Positions 17,230 to 27,691 of a stretch of 64,000 nucleotides of DNA are shown here, piece by piece. The stretch spans positions 15,463 to 79,462 of the forward strand of contig CALKBZ010000022.1 in NCBI GenBank assembly GCA_937775295.1. The letters are read 5' to 3'. The notes under the pieces are model-generated. The model made no database searches. It was given only the letters and a program-made list of their open reading frames with translations, and was not told the origin of the DNA. Within the stretch, counting starts at the first letter, position 1. Each line of letters begins with the position of its first letter. This stretch comes from an uncultured Opitutales bacterium (GTDB lineage: Bacteria > Verrucomicrobiota > Verrucomicrobiia > Opitutales > Coraliomargaritaceae). Position numbers and translations under genes: made by a program.

Positions 17230-19467
17230 CTAAGACCGAGGCGCCATTTCAGGTTCCACCGAACCAGCAAACTCTTCTCCTAATTCCACATCTTGGCGGA
17301 TATAATAATCCTGATAAGCCTTATCGGAGTAGCCGGAGTAGTAGTAACTCGCGTTTGCAGTCGAGATGTCATTCAGAATCGCGCCAAACACAGGTGTGTT
17401 CGACTCCCAAAGTCGGCGGACATTCTGCACCGCAGTCTTACGCTTCACAGTATTAAACTTAATCACGTATATCACACCATCAACCAGCGGAAGCAGGTTA
17501 AGTGCGTCACTTACCGCCGCAAGCGGTGGAGAGTCGATCACGATCCGATCATAACGATCACGCAATTCAACCAGCATCGCCTCAAACTTGGCGCTATTGA
17601 GCACCTGCGTTGGATTCTTCGAGATACCCCCAGATGGCAACACATCTAGATTCGAATATACTCCAGCCATAATCACCTCATCCAGCGACACGCCTTTCTC
17701 AATGTGGTCCAACAAACCAGACTCATTCTCTAACTGTAATGATCGTGCCACATTCGGCAGGCGAAGGTCACCATCCAACAGCAAGGTTCTTTCGCCATGA
17801 TTCGCAAATGTTAGGGCCAGATTCGAGCTAATGAAAGACTTCCCTTCTCCTGGAACAGTGCTGGTCGTCACGATCACTTTCGCATTCTTACTCTCATCAC
17901 TAAGCTTCAGCGCAGAGTGAATCGAACGAAACGACTCAGTCACGTGGCGATCGAAATTCGAAGCCACTACCTGTGCTCTAGAACTCGAATCCAACTTTTT
18001 AATCCGTGGAACGACGCCCAGCATCGAAAGCCCAATCGCGCCTTCGATATCGAACGCGCTCTTCACACGGTCGTCTAAAAAGCTGACCACAAAAATCAAG
18101 CCTACGCCTGCCGCCAAACCACCAAAAAAACCGGCAGCTAAGTTCATCACAATATTCGGCGAGGAGTGCCGCAGTGGCGGCAAGGCCTCATCGATCACAC
18201 GGGAATTTGGATTCTTCAAGTTCACCGCCGCGTTCTCTTGCGTCATTCGACTAACCAGCGCCATTAAGAAGCCCTGTTGCACATTCATCTCACGCTCTAA
18301 GGAACTATATTCGACACGCGTCTTACTCAATTGAATTAGTTCAAGCTCTTTCTCGGCAAGTCGCTGACTGGCAAGCTCGAAATTGCTCTTCGATTCAGCA
18401 TACCCAGCGTCGAGCTTATCGACCGAGTTCGCAACCGCCAACGCCAACTCTGCTTCAGACTCCTGCAAGGTCTGCAACTGCTGAATCATCACAGGATGCT
18501 TTTCACGATAACGTTTGGACAACGAAGATATTTGAATTTTCGTCCCAGACATACGTTCCAATAGGTTCGAAACACGCGACTGCTCGGCAACAAAAGACAA
18601 CTCCCAAAGATTCTTCCCCTCTAGGCGGTAGCTCTCGACCAAATTCCACCGAGTCTCGAGGTTATCATTCAAGTTCTTAGTATTGAGTTTAATCTCGTTC
18701 AAGCGTGCGAGTTGAGTGGACGCGATATTTTCACTACTATCCAGAGACACCGCATTGTTCTCCTCACGATACTCCGCCAACTTCAACTCAAGGTCTTCAA
18801 CTCGTTCCTTCTGCTGATCCGCACGCATGCGCAAATCCTCAACCGCTTTCATCGAACCACTAACATTCAGATTCAAATTATAATTGATGAACTCATCAGC
18901 AAACAGATTGGCAACGCGTGCAGCAATTATTGGATCAGGATGCGTATATCCTACGCCGATCATAAGACTCATGCGCTGCGGCATGACCTTACGATTCATG
19001 CCTAACAGCTCTGCTGGAGAAAGTGGTCCAGTGAAGCTCAATGCATCTGCGTAAGGTGCCATGAACCGCTCACGTTCATCATCCTGCAGGCGACGCTCCA
19101 CCCCTTTGATAATCGTGCCACTATTCAAAACACTAATCTGTGTATTTAAATCCTCAGCCGTTCGAATTTGATTCGGCTCCAGCTCTGCACTCGCCATCGC
19201 CGAAGGATCATCGCGCAACAGTTGGACCATCGCGACCGCAGTATACACCTTAGTTTTATTAAAGGTATACAGAATAGAGCCGGTAAAGATAATGAAAAAC
19301 ACAACAGTCAAATACCAGACTCGCTCGCGAAACATGAGAACATAATCCTTGAAAGAGCGTTGAGGGGGACCGCCGGCGCCATAGCCAGGGCCACCATAAC
19401 TTCCATCAGAATAGCCATAACCACCCGAATTCGGGTCAGGAGCGCCTCTCACATAATCATTTTTCAT
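17230..19467 (-). CDS. Polysaccharide co-polymerase with C-terminal BY-kinase domain (Wzc/GumC/EpsG-like tyrosine autokinase)
   Basis: Two TM segments flank a long coiled-coil periplasmic region. Walker A is TSTVPGEGKS, Walker A' LLLDGDLR, Walker B RIVIDSPP, and the C-terminal tail is Tyr-rich (ASYYYSGYSDKAYQDYYI). Confidence 0.88.
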   Translation of the reverse strand: MKNDYVRGAPDPNSGGYGYSDGSYGGPGYGAGGPPQRSFKDYVLMFRERVWYLTVVFFIIFTGSILYTFNKTKVYTAVAMVQLLRDDPSAMASAELEPNQIRTAEDLNTQISVLNSGTIIKGVERRLQDDERERFMAPYADALSFTGPLSPAELLGMNRKVMPQRMSLMIGVGYTHPDPIIAARVANLFADEFINYNLNLNVSGSMKAVEDLRMRADQQKERVEDLELKLAEYREENNAVSLDSSENIASTQLARLNEIKLNTKNLNDNLETRWNLVESYRLEGKNLWELSFVAEQSRVSNLLERMSGTKIQISSLSKRYREKHPVMIQQLQTLQESEAELALAVANSVDKLDAGYAESKSNFELASQRLAEKELELIQLSKTRVEYSSLEREMNVQQGFLMALVSRMTQENAAVNLKNPNSRVIDEALPPLRHSSPNIVMNLAAGFFGGLAAGVGLIFVVSFLDDRVKSAFDIEGAIGLSMLGVVPRIKKLDSSSRAQVVASNFDRHVTESFRSIHSALKLSDESKNAKVIVTTSTVPGEGKSFISSNLALTFANHGERTLLLDGDLRLPNVARSLQLENESGLLDHIEKGVSLDEVIMAGVYSNLDVLPSGGISKNPTQVLNSAKFEAMLVELRDRYDRIVIDSPPLAAVSDALNLLPLVDGVIYVIKFNTVKRKTAVQNVRRLWESNTPVFGAILNDISTANASYYYSGYSDKAYQDYYIRQDVELGEEFAGSVEPEMAPRS

Positions 19468-19485
19468 AGTTATTCTTAATGCAAA

Positions 19486-20127
19486 TTAGATAATTCTTTC
19501 AGGCACCCAAATGGTATCGCCTTCGTTTATCACTACATCTTTCACGTCTGGATCTCGCACAATCTTAGAGAAGTTAACCTCCATTTGTCTAGTACGGCCA
19601 TCCTGATCCACCCGTTTAATGTTAATCGCCTTGGGATTCCCCATACGCGTCACCCCACCGACCATAGATAGCGCTTCGGTCAGAGTTAAATCACGATCTG
19701 GCGGAATGTTTACCACGCCAGGGGCTCGCACTGAACCGAGAATATGTATTACCTTAGGCGAGAAAGACACCACCAGCAACGAAACTTGCGGATCCACCAA
19801 GTAATCGCGGTTATACAAATCAGTGATCAATGACTTACCCTCTCCGACTGTCATCCCCGCAAGCTTTACCCTCCCCACCAATGCCAAGGATACGGTGCCG
19901 TCTCCTTCAATGCGGACTGACTTATTCAAATCACGCTCTTGATAGACATCGACTTCAATTACGTCCGAAACTTCAAGCACGTAATTGCTCCCAACGACCA
20001 TGCCTATCGCACCGCCTGGACTGCTCGACGAGGACGAATCGGCACCACCAGCGCCAGTATCTTGCCCCGACAGGGCCACGATGCAGCACAACAAATAGAG
20101 CACTAATGAAGAGAGTAAATGTTTCAT
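19486..20127 (-). CDS. Polysaccharide export protein (Wza-like; Poly_export plus SLBB domains)
   Basis: Signal peptide, then YVLEVSDVIEVDVYQERDLNKSVRIEGDGTVSLALVGRVKLAGMT and LTEALSMVGGV...GDTIWVP patterns. Confidence 0.82.
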   Translation of the reverse strand: MKHLLSSLVLYLLCCIVALSGQDTGAGGADSSSSSSPGGAIGMVVGSNYVLEVSDVIEVDVYQERDLNKSVRIEGDGTVSLALVGRVKLAGMTVGEGKSLITDLYNRDYLVDPQVSLLVVSFSPKVIHILGSVRAPGVVNIPPDRDLTLTEALSMVGGVTRMGNPKAINIKRVDQDGRTRQMEVNFSKIVRDPDVKDVVINEGDTIWVPERII

Positions 20128-20188
20128 AAATTAAAAAATGCCTCCGAAGGGAGGCATTTCGACCCGAAGGACAAGGGGAATTCAAAAA

Positions 20189-21424
20189 TTAGTAGCGAAG
20201 CGATGCTGAAAGATCAACCATGTGTGCCTCGTAGCTTTGGCCTAGTTTACTAGAATTATTTTCATTATAACTGTAGCCGGTGCTGAAGCGCCAATGTTGA
20301 TTCGGGACATATGACAAACGGAAGCCCATATTGTACACATTATCTTCGCGACCTGAAGTCTCATACTCACGCAAAGTATAGCCGGATTTTGCGCTCGCTG
20401 AATAATTGCTATTAATCGTGTAGCGAGCGCTCAAATTTGCCGAAGTCTTAGTGGTCCCTTCCCCCGTACCGCCCACATCAAATCCACGATGCAGCGTAAG
20501 CGCCGTCGTTAGCTTCGGGGTGTTTGAGTAAGTGAAACTTGTATCTAGGCCCATCGTTCCCCTGGAATCGCGATTGGTGCTGGTTGGCGCGCCTGGAATA
20601 CCAGTCACAAAAGTCTGTATGCTTGAATCATCAGAATCAGAGGTGCGATAACCGAGTTTAAAGAACCCGCTCAACTTTGGGAGCAAGTCGCCACGCGCAC
20701 CAATATTAAAGAAATGATCCTCTTTATCATAGCTACCCACTTCCCTGCCATTTACAGTATCTCCGAGCATAGTTCCACTCACATCGGTGGTAGTATATGT
20801 ATAGCCAATACTCAAATCAACTTTCGGTGTGAGCTCATAAAAAACATCAACCGGAACCTTGAACGACTCACGGTCAGCCAACCCCGGCTGATCTTGGTAC
20901 TGCTTGTTAGAGTGATTCACTCCAGACCCCACACTGAATTTAGGCGACAAACGATACTCTCCACTCAAATTGGCTATAGTGCTCTCCGACTCATTTATTT
21001 GACCATCCTGATTGGCATCTTCATCCTTACCACTCGACTGATCCTCACTGAAGCTGACAAGCCCACTCACGTCCCAACGACTGGTATTATATGAACTAAT
21101 TGCCTTGAAATGAAACAGCTCATTATCCAGATCAGACAACTCATCATGACGAATAATGTCATAACGCGTAATAATACTCAGGTCTAAATCAGACAGGCCA
21201 CGCCCGACATCCATCTCAAATCCGGGAGAAACTTTGAATACAACATCATCCTGCTCGTCTGCTTCATCGTAAAAGACATTTGACTGCCATCGAACAGAAG
21301 ACAATCCATTGAAGAAAATATCAATATCATCACCAATCGAAATAAGTGGTGCGGATTGCACAACAACAGGCGAACTGACAGAGGCTAAGATTACTACAAA
21401 AGGTAAAAACTGCTTGATTTTCAT
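20189..21424 (-). CDS. Outer-membrane beta-barrel protein of the polysaccharide-export locus
   Basis: Signal peptide (ILASVSSPVVVQSA), alternating amphipathic beta-strand pattern rich in Y/S/T/G/D, and a C-terminal aromatic residue (...SASLRY). Confidence 0.6.
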   Translation of the reverse strand: MKIKQFLPFVVILASVSSPVVVQSAPLISIGDDIDIFFNGLSSVRWQSNVFYDEADEQDDVVFKVSPGFEMDVGRGLSDLDLSIITRYDIIRHDELSDLDNELFHFKAISSYNTSRWDVSGLVSFSEDQSSGKDEDANQDGQINESESTIANLSGEYRLSPKFSVGSGVNHSNKQYQDQPGLADRESFKVPVDVFYELTPKVDLSIGYTYTTTDVSGTMLGDTVNGREVGSYDKEDHFFNIGARGDLLPKLSGFFKLGYRTSDSDDSSIQTFVTGIPGAPTSTNRDSRGTMGLDTSFTYSNTPKLTTALTLHRGFDVGGTGEGTTKTSANLSARYTINSNYSASAKSGYTLREYETSGREDNVYNMGFRLSYVPNQHWRFSTGYSYNENNSSKLGQSYEAHMVDLSASLRY

Positions 21425-21635
21425 AAATAAGACAACTTCATTGGATTGGATTGGATTAAACCTTAATCACGACCTGACACACTATAAGCCAGTGACATAA
21501 TTACTAATATAATTACTAATCATCTACAATGTAGAACTCGCCGGCAAAATGCAAGCTCCAAAATGAGACTTTTTGAGCTTGTCTGGATTTATAAAACGCA
21601 TCATAATATATGGTATATTGCTTGGGCTTTTATTT

Positions 21636-23309
21636 ATGATGAAACACAGAAAATTACCCAAAAACCCTGTTTATCGCGACAATCCTATTTTACTCGGATT
21701 CGTCGTGCAACGCAGAGGAGCCGACGGGCGCATACACCTCGTCGTGCGTTGGGGACGCATGCTGACAACTCTATTGGCCTTGTTCATTGCCGGTTGGGTC
21801 GCGACAGCTGGTACCCTCTTCTGCTATTTTAAATACAAAAAAGATTTTAATGAGGTCACCTTAACGGGCATGATTGGCCTCCCTTTTCGCATCGATGAAC
21901 ACCGCAAAGAGATGGGCGACTACCACATCAAGCGAGGCCTCGAAGAAGTCAAACAGGGCAACTACCGTGATGCACTGCGCCTTTTGCGCTTAGGCGTCGC
22001 ACGCTCTCCCTCAAACTTAGAAGGCCGTAAGGTTTTGGCAGAATTCTATGAACTAGCAATCCAGCGCCCAGACGTCGCCGCGAACTTGATGGTCAAAGGC
22101 CTAGACCTAGGAGGAATCGAAGACCTCGACTATCTCAAACAGACCTTGCGCGTATTATTGCGCAACCAGATGGACGAGCAAGTTCAAGAGCTTACCAATA
22201 AATACCTCCCAGAAGAGCCTGACCCAAACGACATTAATCGTACTTTGGCTTACGGCGCCGCGAGTGCCAATTACTTACGCGGCAACTACGACCAAGCCGA
22301 TGACTACATCATCGAATATAACTTGATTGAGTCATTAGAAGGCCTCCTACTTTCATCCCAAATCAGCTGGGATCGCGGCAATCAAATCGCCGCGATCACA
22401 AAGATGGAGCACTCACTGCGTCGATTCCCAAATTCAGAGCCGCTACTTATGCAGCTCAGTCGCTATCACCGCGAAGTAGGCGAGATTGATAAAGCACGCC
22501 GCTATGCAATTCTCCGCAACGTCAAAGATCCACTGAGCGCAGCTCCACGCCTAGAATTGCTCTACATTTACAATAAATCCGGAGATTTTGATCGCGAACA
22601 ACGCGAAACGCAACGCATGCTGAACCAATTCCGCGACGATGAAAGTGCGCTCCAAGCGCTCGCAAACTTTGCAGCAGACACCGGTAATATCGACCTCGCC
22701 CGCCGAACTTACGAAGAAGCACTGGAGAACGAATTTGCAGTGGATTCATTCGCGCTACTTTTAATCGAATCTCACCTAGTAAGCAAAGATTACGAGGGCG
22801 CGCTCAGCTTCTGCGAAGAATTGCTCAAAGAACGTCCTGGCTGGCTGAGCCAACGATGGGCCATCTTCAACAGCCTGCGAGCCGTTGCATCTTATGGTAT
22901 CAACCGCCCAGACTTAGGCGAAATCTACCTACAGCACTTTATCGACGAGAGCAACAACCCTCCACAGACTTATCTAGCAGTCGCTCGCCGTTTCACAAAC
23001 ATAGATAGGGCTCCGCAAGCACAAAAAATCCTTAACACAGCTATGCAACGGACGCCAGCGAATCAACAGATTCTGTCTGAACTCATCAGAGTCGAGCTGG
23101 GGCTAGGTAATACGGAAAACCTCAATCACCTGCTGACACGCCTTCTACAGATGCGTCGCCCAAAGATGGAGATAATCGTCGATGCCTATAATAAACTCGG
23201 CAGCGACCGCTTTATCTTCACTCCAAGCCGCGAGAGCTTGCTACTCCAGCTGAACGCAATCCTTCGCGAGAGTGCCGCACAAACCCTGCAGACGATCAAC
23301 GTCTCCTAA
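21636..23309 (+). CDS. Membrane-anchored TPR-repeat protein
   Basis: One TM (MLTTLLALFIAGWVATAGTLFCYF) followed by repeated A/L/Y-rich helical TPR-like units. The listed start at 21573 is TTG, and ATG at 21636 is an equally plausible start. It is divergent from the export genes. Confidence 0.6.
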   Translation: MMKHRKLPKNPVYRDNPILLGFVVQRRGADGRIHLVVRWGRMLTTLLALFIAGWVATAGTLFCYFKYKKDFNEVTLTGMIGLPFRIDEHRKEMGDYHIKRGLEEVKQGNYRDALRLLRLGVARSPSNLEGRKVLAEFYELAIQRPDVAANLMVKGLDLGGIEDLDYLKQTLRVLLRNQMDEQVQELTNKYLPEEPDPNDINRTLAYGAASANYLRGNYDQADDYIIEYNLIESLEGLLLSSQISWDRGNQIAAITKMEHSLRRFPNSEPLLMQLSRYHREVGEIDKARRYAILRNVKDPLSAAPRLELLYIYNKSGDFDREQRETQRMLNQFRDDESALQALANFAADTGNIDLARRTYEEALENEFAVDSFALLLIESHLVSKDYEGALSFCEELLKERPGWLSQRWAIFNSLRAVASYGINRPDLGEIYLQHFIDESNNPPQTYLAVARRFTNIDRAPQAQKILNTAMQRTPANQQILSELIRVELGLGNTENLNHLLTRLLQMRRPKMEIIVDAYNKLGSDRFIFTPSRESLLLQLNAILRESAAQTLQTINVS

Positions 23310-23415
23310 ACGCGGCTGACGCGAGGTCCCACCAGCATTTACGAAGCTGCGGCTGCAAAGCGAATGACTGCCACCGCGCCGCGCTAAATCTGACCTCGAC
23401 AATCATCAGGGGCGC

Positions 23416-24720
23416 CTAGCTCGACGCCCCCGCCCTGCGGTTATACACCACACGAGCTGCGATCACGCGACGCTCGTCGACTTCATCAATTGTAATTCGC
23501 ATTCCAGCAAGCGACAGGGTATCCCCACGCGCGGGGATGCGCCCCAACTCGCCAGTAATCAACCCCCCGAAAGTCGATACCTCGTCATTCTCGATCTCAA
23601 TACCGAGCGCCTCCTCAAGATCATGAATCGGCGTCAGCCCAGAAATACGATAGGAGTGCGGCGCCCGTATCGCTCGAATCTGATCCTCTTCGCTATCGAA
23701 TTCATCCTGAATCTCCCCCACGAGTTCTTCGAGTATACTCTCGAAGGTGACAACGCCGACGATGCCACCGAATTCATCCACAGCCAACGCCATGTGAAAC
23801 TTCGCCCGCAACATGCGCTCTAAGGCAATTTCTAAGGGCGTCTCCAAATCAAAGGTCGCAACATTACGCTTCAGCTTCACTAAATCGACCGCAGTTAATG
23901 GCCCACTCAAGCGAAACATGTCTTTGATGTGAAGGATCCCGAGACAGTCATCGAGGCTCCCGCGGCACAAAGGGAAGCGCGTATGCCCCGCCTCCTTCAT
24001 TACTTTCAGGTTCGCATGAAAGTCTTCTTCTAAATCACAAATGACTACCTGACTACGCGGTAACAGAACATCTTGAACAACTAACTCCTGCATCTGCAAA
24101 GCTCGGTTCACAATCTTCCGCACCACTGGCGACAGCGCGCGGCTATCCTCACCCATCGCCCGAATTTGCACATCCAAATCTAGCGGATTCAACTCATCCT
24201 CGACGTCGACACCAAGGCGGCGAAACAGGATCCGCTTCAAGCCACGAAAAAAGAGCATCCCAGGCCACGTTAAAATCTGAAAGACGCACAACACCCGATA
24301 AGAACGTTGAATCCCTTTCACCGGATCACGCATTGCCAAACCGCGCGGAAAAATCTCTGCAAACAGGAAATGCACCGACGTCGCACACACAAAAGACAGC
24401 AACACGACCAACCAGCGCTCCGGCACCTGTGCCAGCTCGAACAGGCCAAAAAAATCGCTCACCAGCGGCATGAGCAATAAGCCCACCGCAACCGTGCAAA
24501 GCGTCTTACTAAAACGAACCGCACGTCCCGTCTGATCGCTCTTCTCGATCAGGCGAGCAATGCCACGCCGGCGCATCAATTGCTCCAGCGCTTGAGCACT
24601 CCCCCCCCCGTAACGAAACTTCACCAAACTGATTTCGCACATCACCAAAAACGCATGCAATACCAACATCAGCGCTACCGCGCTCAATGAAACGAAAAAG
24701 TTGATCCACGCCCCACTCAT
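23416..24720 (-). CDS. CNNM/CorC/TlyC-family protein (DUF21 - CBS pair - CorC_HlyC)
   Basis: N-terminal multi-TM DUF21 region, a central CBS pair, and the C-terminal IDEVDERRVIAARV transporter-associated domain. Confidence 0.8.
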   Translation of the reverse strand: MSGAWINFFVSLSAVALMLVLHAFLVMCEISLVKFRYGGGSAQALEQLMRRRGIARLIEKSDQTGRAVRFSKTLCTVAVGLLLMPLVSDFFGLFELAQVPERWLVVLLSFVCATSVHFLFAEIFPRGLAMRDPVKGIQRSYRVLCVFQILTWPGMLFFRGLKRILFRRLGVDVEDELNPLDLDVQIRAMGEDSRALSPVVRKIVNRALQMQELVVQDVLLPRSQVVICDLEEDFHANLKVMKEAGHTRFPLCRGSLDDCLGILHIKDMFRLSGPLTAVDLVKLKRNVATFDLETPLEIALERMLRAKFHMALAVDEFGGIVGVVTFESILEELVGEIQDEFDSEEDQIRAIRAPHSYRISGLTPIHDLEEALGIEIENDEVSTFGGLITGELGRIPARGDTLSLAGMRITIDEVDERRVIAARVVYNRRAGASS

Positions 24721-25832
24721 CGGACACTTGCGATCTCACCACTTTCAAGTAACTCACGTAAGGTGCCTAGTAGCCTTTCATTCTCCTCAGCCCGCCCGAT
24801 CGTAAGGCGCACAAAATCAGCCATTCCATAAGGCGCCAAAGGCCGCACGATCAAACCGCGTCGCTGCAGCGCTTCAAACACAACTGCGCTACTGCCGACC
24901 CGGCACAGCACAAAATTCGCCGCGCCACCAACCGTCTTAAAGCCAAGTGCAGTGAGCCCCTCGCAGAGCACCTGACGGCCCACTTCATTCTCGGCTCGGC
25001 ACATTGCAACAAACTCCAAATCATCCAGTGCCGCGGTCGCCGCCGCCTGCGCCACCGCATTCACATTAAATGGCTGACGTACTCGATGCAGCAGCGCGAT
25101 CACCTCTGGGGCACCATACGCATAGCCAACACGCAAGCCACCAAGCCCATAAATCTTCGAAAACGTCCGCAAGCACACGACCTTTCGCCCCGCATAGATC
25201 GCCGCCGACAAATCCGGCGCCTCGTCTAAATACTCCGCATAAGCCTCGTCTAAACAAAGGATCACATGCTCCGGCAAGTTCTCAGCCAACTTTAACAAAT
25301 CTGCCGCCGCATTCGCCACGCCCGTCGGATTATTCGGACTCGCCACAAATAATAGGCGTGTACGCTGCGTCACTGCCGCCAGCATTGCGTCTAGGTCATG
25401 GCCGAAGTCAGCCATCGGTACTTCAATCGGCGTCGCACCAAACAACTTTGCCACCAACTTATAGACAATAAAGGCCTGCGCCCCCATCACCACTTCTAGC
25501 CCAGGACGCAAAAAAGCATGCCCCAGCAACTCAATGAGTTCATTCGAACCATTGCCGACTAAAATCGAATCCGGCGAGAGACCACGATGCTCGGCGATCT
25601 TATGCCGTAATTCTTGGCATCCTCCATCCGGATATAGGTGCGCACTCTTCAACGCCTCCATTCCAGCGGCCATTGCCTTCGGAGAAGGACCAAACGGATT
25701 CTCATTCGAGGCCAGCTTGGCAATATTTGCAGAATCGAGCCCGTGTTCACGAGCGACCGTTTCGATTAATTTTCCGGGCTCATAGACCGGTTGTGTATGC
25801 ACTCCGGCATTCGCGAGTTCAGCGTATTTCAT
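24717..25832 (-). CDS. hisC: Histidinol-phosphate aminotransferase
   Basis: LASNENPFGPSP, ASPNNPTG and the PLP-lysine context RTFSKIYGLGGLRVGY. Confidence 0.88.
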   Translation of the reverse strand: MKYAELANAGVHTQPVYEPGKLIETVAREHGLDSANIAKLASNENPFGPSPKAMAAGMEALKSAHLYPDGGCQELRHKIAEHRGLSPDSILVGNGSNELIELLGHAFLRPGLEVVMGAQAFIVYKLVAKLFGATPIEVPMADFGHDLDAMLAAVTQRTRLLFVASPNNPTGVANAAADLLKLAENLPEHVILCLDEAYAEYLDEAPDLSAAIYAGRKVVCLRTFSKIYGLGGLRVGYAYGAPEVIALLHRVRQPFNVNAVAQAAATAALDDLEFVAMCRAENEVGRQVLCEGLTALGFKTVGGAANFVLCRVGSSAVVFEALQRRGLIVRPLAPYGMADFVRLTIGRAEENERLLGTLRELLESGEIASVR

Positions 25833-25899
25833 TTATGTAATTAGGTTTGAACTTGCGTTGACAAAGGCCGATTGCAACAAAAACCAGTAAACCATACTT

Positions 25900-26814
25900 A
25901 TGAAAATTCTACTTACTGGAGCTTCAGGCCTGCTCGGAAATGCCTACGCCGAGGCCGCCATCCGCCGCGGGCATCAAGTCATCGCACTTTATAACACCAC
26001 CGAGCCCATCGCGCGCGGCATCGAGCGTAGCATTCAAATTGACGCACAACAGCTAGATAAAATCACTGCCCTCGCGCTTGAAATTTGGCCTGAAACCATC
26101 GTCAATTGTGCCGCAATCTCGTCGCCTGCGGATGTCGATGCCGACGCCAAACTGGCCGAGAAGATCAACGTCGCCCTACCGCGCCACCTCTCGCAGCTAT
26201 CGACTCACCTCGGCGCCCGCCTCCTACACGTCTCGACTGACATGGTATTCGATGGGCATTCCTCCGAGCCTTACCGCTCCACCGACATGCCCTGCCCGAC
26301 CAATCTTTACGGGCAGACAAAGCTAATGGCCGAACGCGAAGTACTTGAGCACAACTCAGAAGACCCCGTCGTCCTACGCATTCCCATCCTGATGGGCAAC
26401 AGTATCAACAGCCAACGCAGCGTGCATGAAAAACTCCTCGCCGCCGTCGCACGCGGCGAACAGCCCAAGCTCTTTTGTGACGAAATCCGCCAGCCTTGCT
26501 CCGCCTCCAATGTCGCCGAAGTACTGCTCGAACTTAGCGAGCGGCGCGACCTACACGGCATTTTCCATTGGGCAGGCGCGGAAACCATGAGCCGCTTCGA
26601 AATGGGGCAACGCATCCTTAGGCATTTTAATCTGCCACTCAATAGCGTGCAATCCGTCTGTAAAAATGATGATCCAGAGTTCGCCAACCGGCCAAGCAAT
26701 CTGACCTTCAATCTACATCCGATCGTCAGTAAGCTCAAAACAAAGCCCGCTACTTTCAAAGAACAACTCGAAGAGCTCACCCACGTCGAGCCGCTGCGCT
26801 CAGCCGATCACTAG
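25900..26814 (+). CDS. SDR-family NAD(P)-dependent reductase, RmlD (dTDP-4-dehydrorhamnose reductase)-like
   Basis: MKILLTGASGLLG Rossmann start and STDMVFDG...YGQTKLMAE (the YxxxK catalytic pair). Confidence 0.65.
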   Translation: MKILLTGASGLLGNAYAEAAIRRGHQVIALYNTTEPIARGIERSIQIDAQQLDKITALALEIWPETIVNCAAISSPADVDADAKLAEKINVALPRHLSQLSTHLGARLLHVSTDMVFDGHSSEPYRSTDMPCPTNLYGQTKLMAEREVLEHNSEDPVVLRIPILMGNSINSQRSVHEKLLAAVARGEQPKLFCDEIRQPCSASNVAEVLLELSERRDLHGIFHWAGAETMSRFEMGQRILRHFNLPLNSVQSVCKNDDPEFANRPSNLTFNLHPIVSKLKTKPATFKEQLEELTHVEPLRSADH

Positions 26815-26826
26815 CCCCTATCAACT

Positions 26827-27543
26827 GTGCCGCTCATCATTCTACCCAACGCCTTTGGCGACGCCGTGACCAATATGGCCATCGACGCTTCGCTACTCTA
26901 CACCCTGCCATCAGGTATTGCCGTCTTTCGTCACTACGGATGGACCGAGCCAGCCATCACCTTCGGCTACACTCAACGTATCGCGGAGGTTCGAACCACG
27001 TTCACCGAAGACCTACGCCTCTGCCGACGACTCACCGGCGGCGGCATCGTCGATCACCGCAACGACTGGACCTACGCCCTCGTACTGCAAACCGACTTAC
27101 CCGCGGCGCATGCACCTGCCACCGAGCTCTACGCAACTATCCATAGCTGCATGCAGCTGGCGCTCCAAGCCCAGTCTGTCCCCGCCGAACTCGCGCCGTG
27201 TCCACGCCAATGCGACAAAACACCACCCGCGCTCGACGCCCCCGACCAGTGCTTCCTGCAACCCACTGCTAACGACGTAACCCGCCCCGACGGCACAAAA
27301 ATCGCCGGCGCCGCCATGAAGCGCTCGCGCGAAGGACTACTCGTGCAAGGGTCAATCGACCGTCGCGCACTGCCCGACGAGTTCGATTACCACACCTTCG
27401 CCGAGGCATTTCAACAAGCCCTCGCCAGCCAACTCGCGATCCTCCTCGGCACCAACGAAGATCTCCGCGCCCTGTTCAACAGCCTCCGCATTCAACAAGA
27501 GCGCGAACGATTTGAAAGTGAAGCGTGGATCAATCGGCGCTAG
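26827..27543 (+). CDS. Biotin/lipoate A/B protein-ligase-family protein (LplA/LipB-like)
   Basis: NMAIDASLL, RRLTGGGIVDHRNDWTYALV and KIAGAAMKRSREGLLVQGSI (the catalytic-lysine context of BPL_LplA_LipB). The start codon is GTG. Confidence 0.7.
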   Translation: MPLIILPNAFGDAVTNMAIDASLLYTLPSGIAVFRHYGWTEPAITFGYTQRIAEVRTTFTEDLRLCRRLTGGGIVDHRNDWTYALVLQTDLPAAHAPATELYATIHSCMQLALQAQSVPAELAPCPRQCDKTPPALDAPDQCFLQPTANDVTRPDGTKIAGAAMKRSREGLLVQGSIDRRALPDEFDYHTFAEAFQQALASQLAILLGTNEDLRALFNSLRIQQERERFESEAWINRR

Positions 27544-27691
27544 ATCGCGTACACCACTCGAGCGCAAATCAATGACTCCTAGCATCATGAGGCCACCCTC
27601 TTGCTACTACGGAACGGCACGGTCAACGGCAGCGCCCAGCGCGCCGAAGGCGGCATCATTCGAGCGCTGACGAGCAGACCACTCTCAGATT

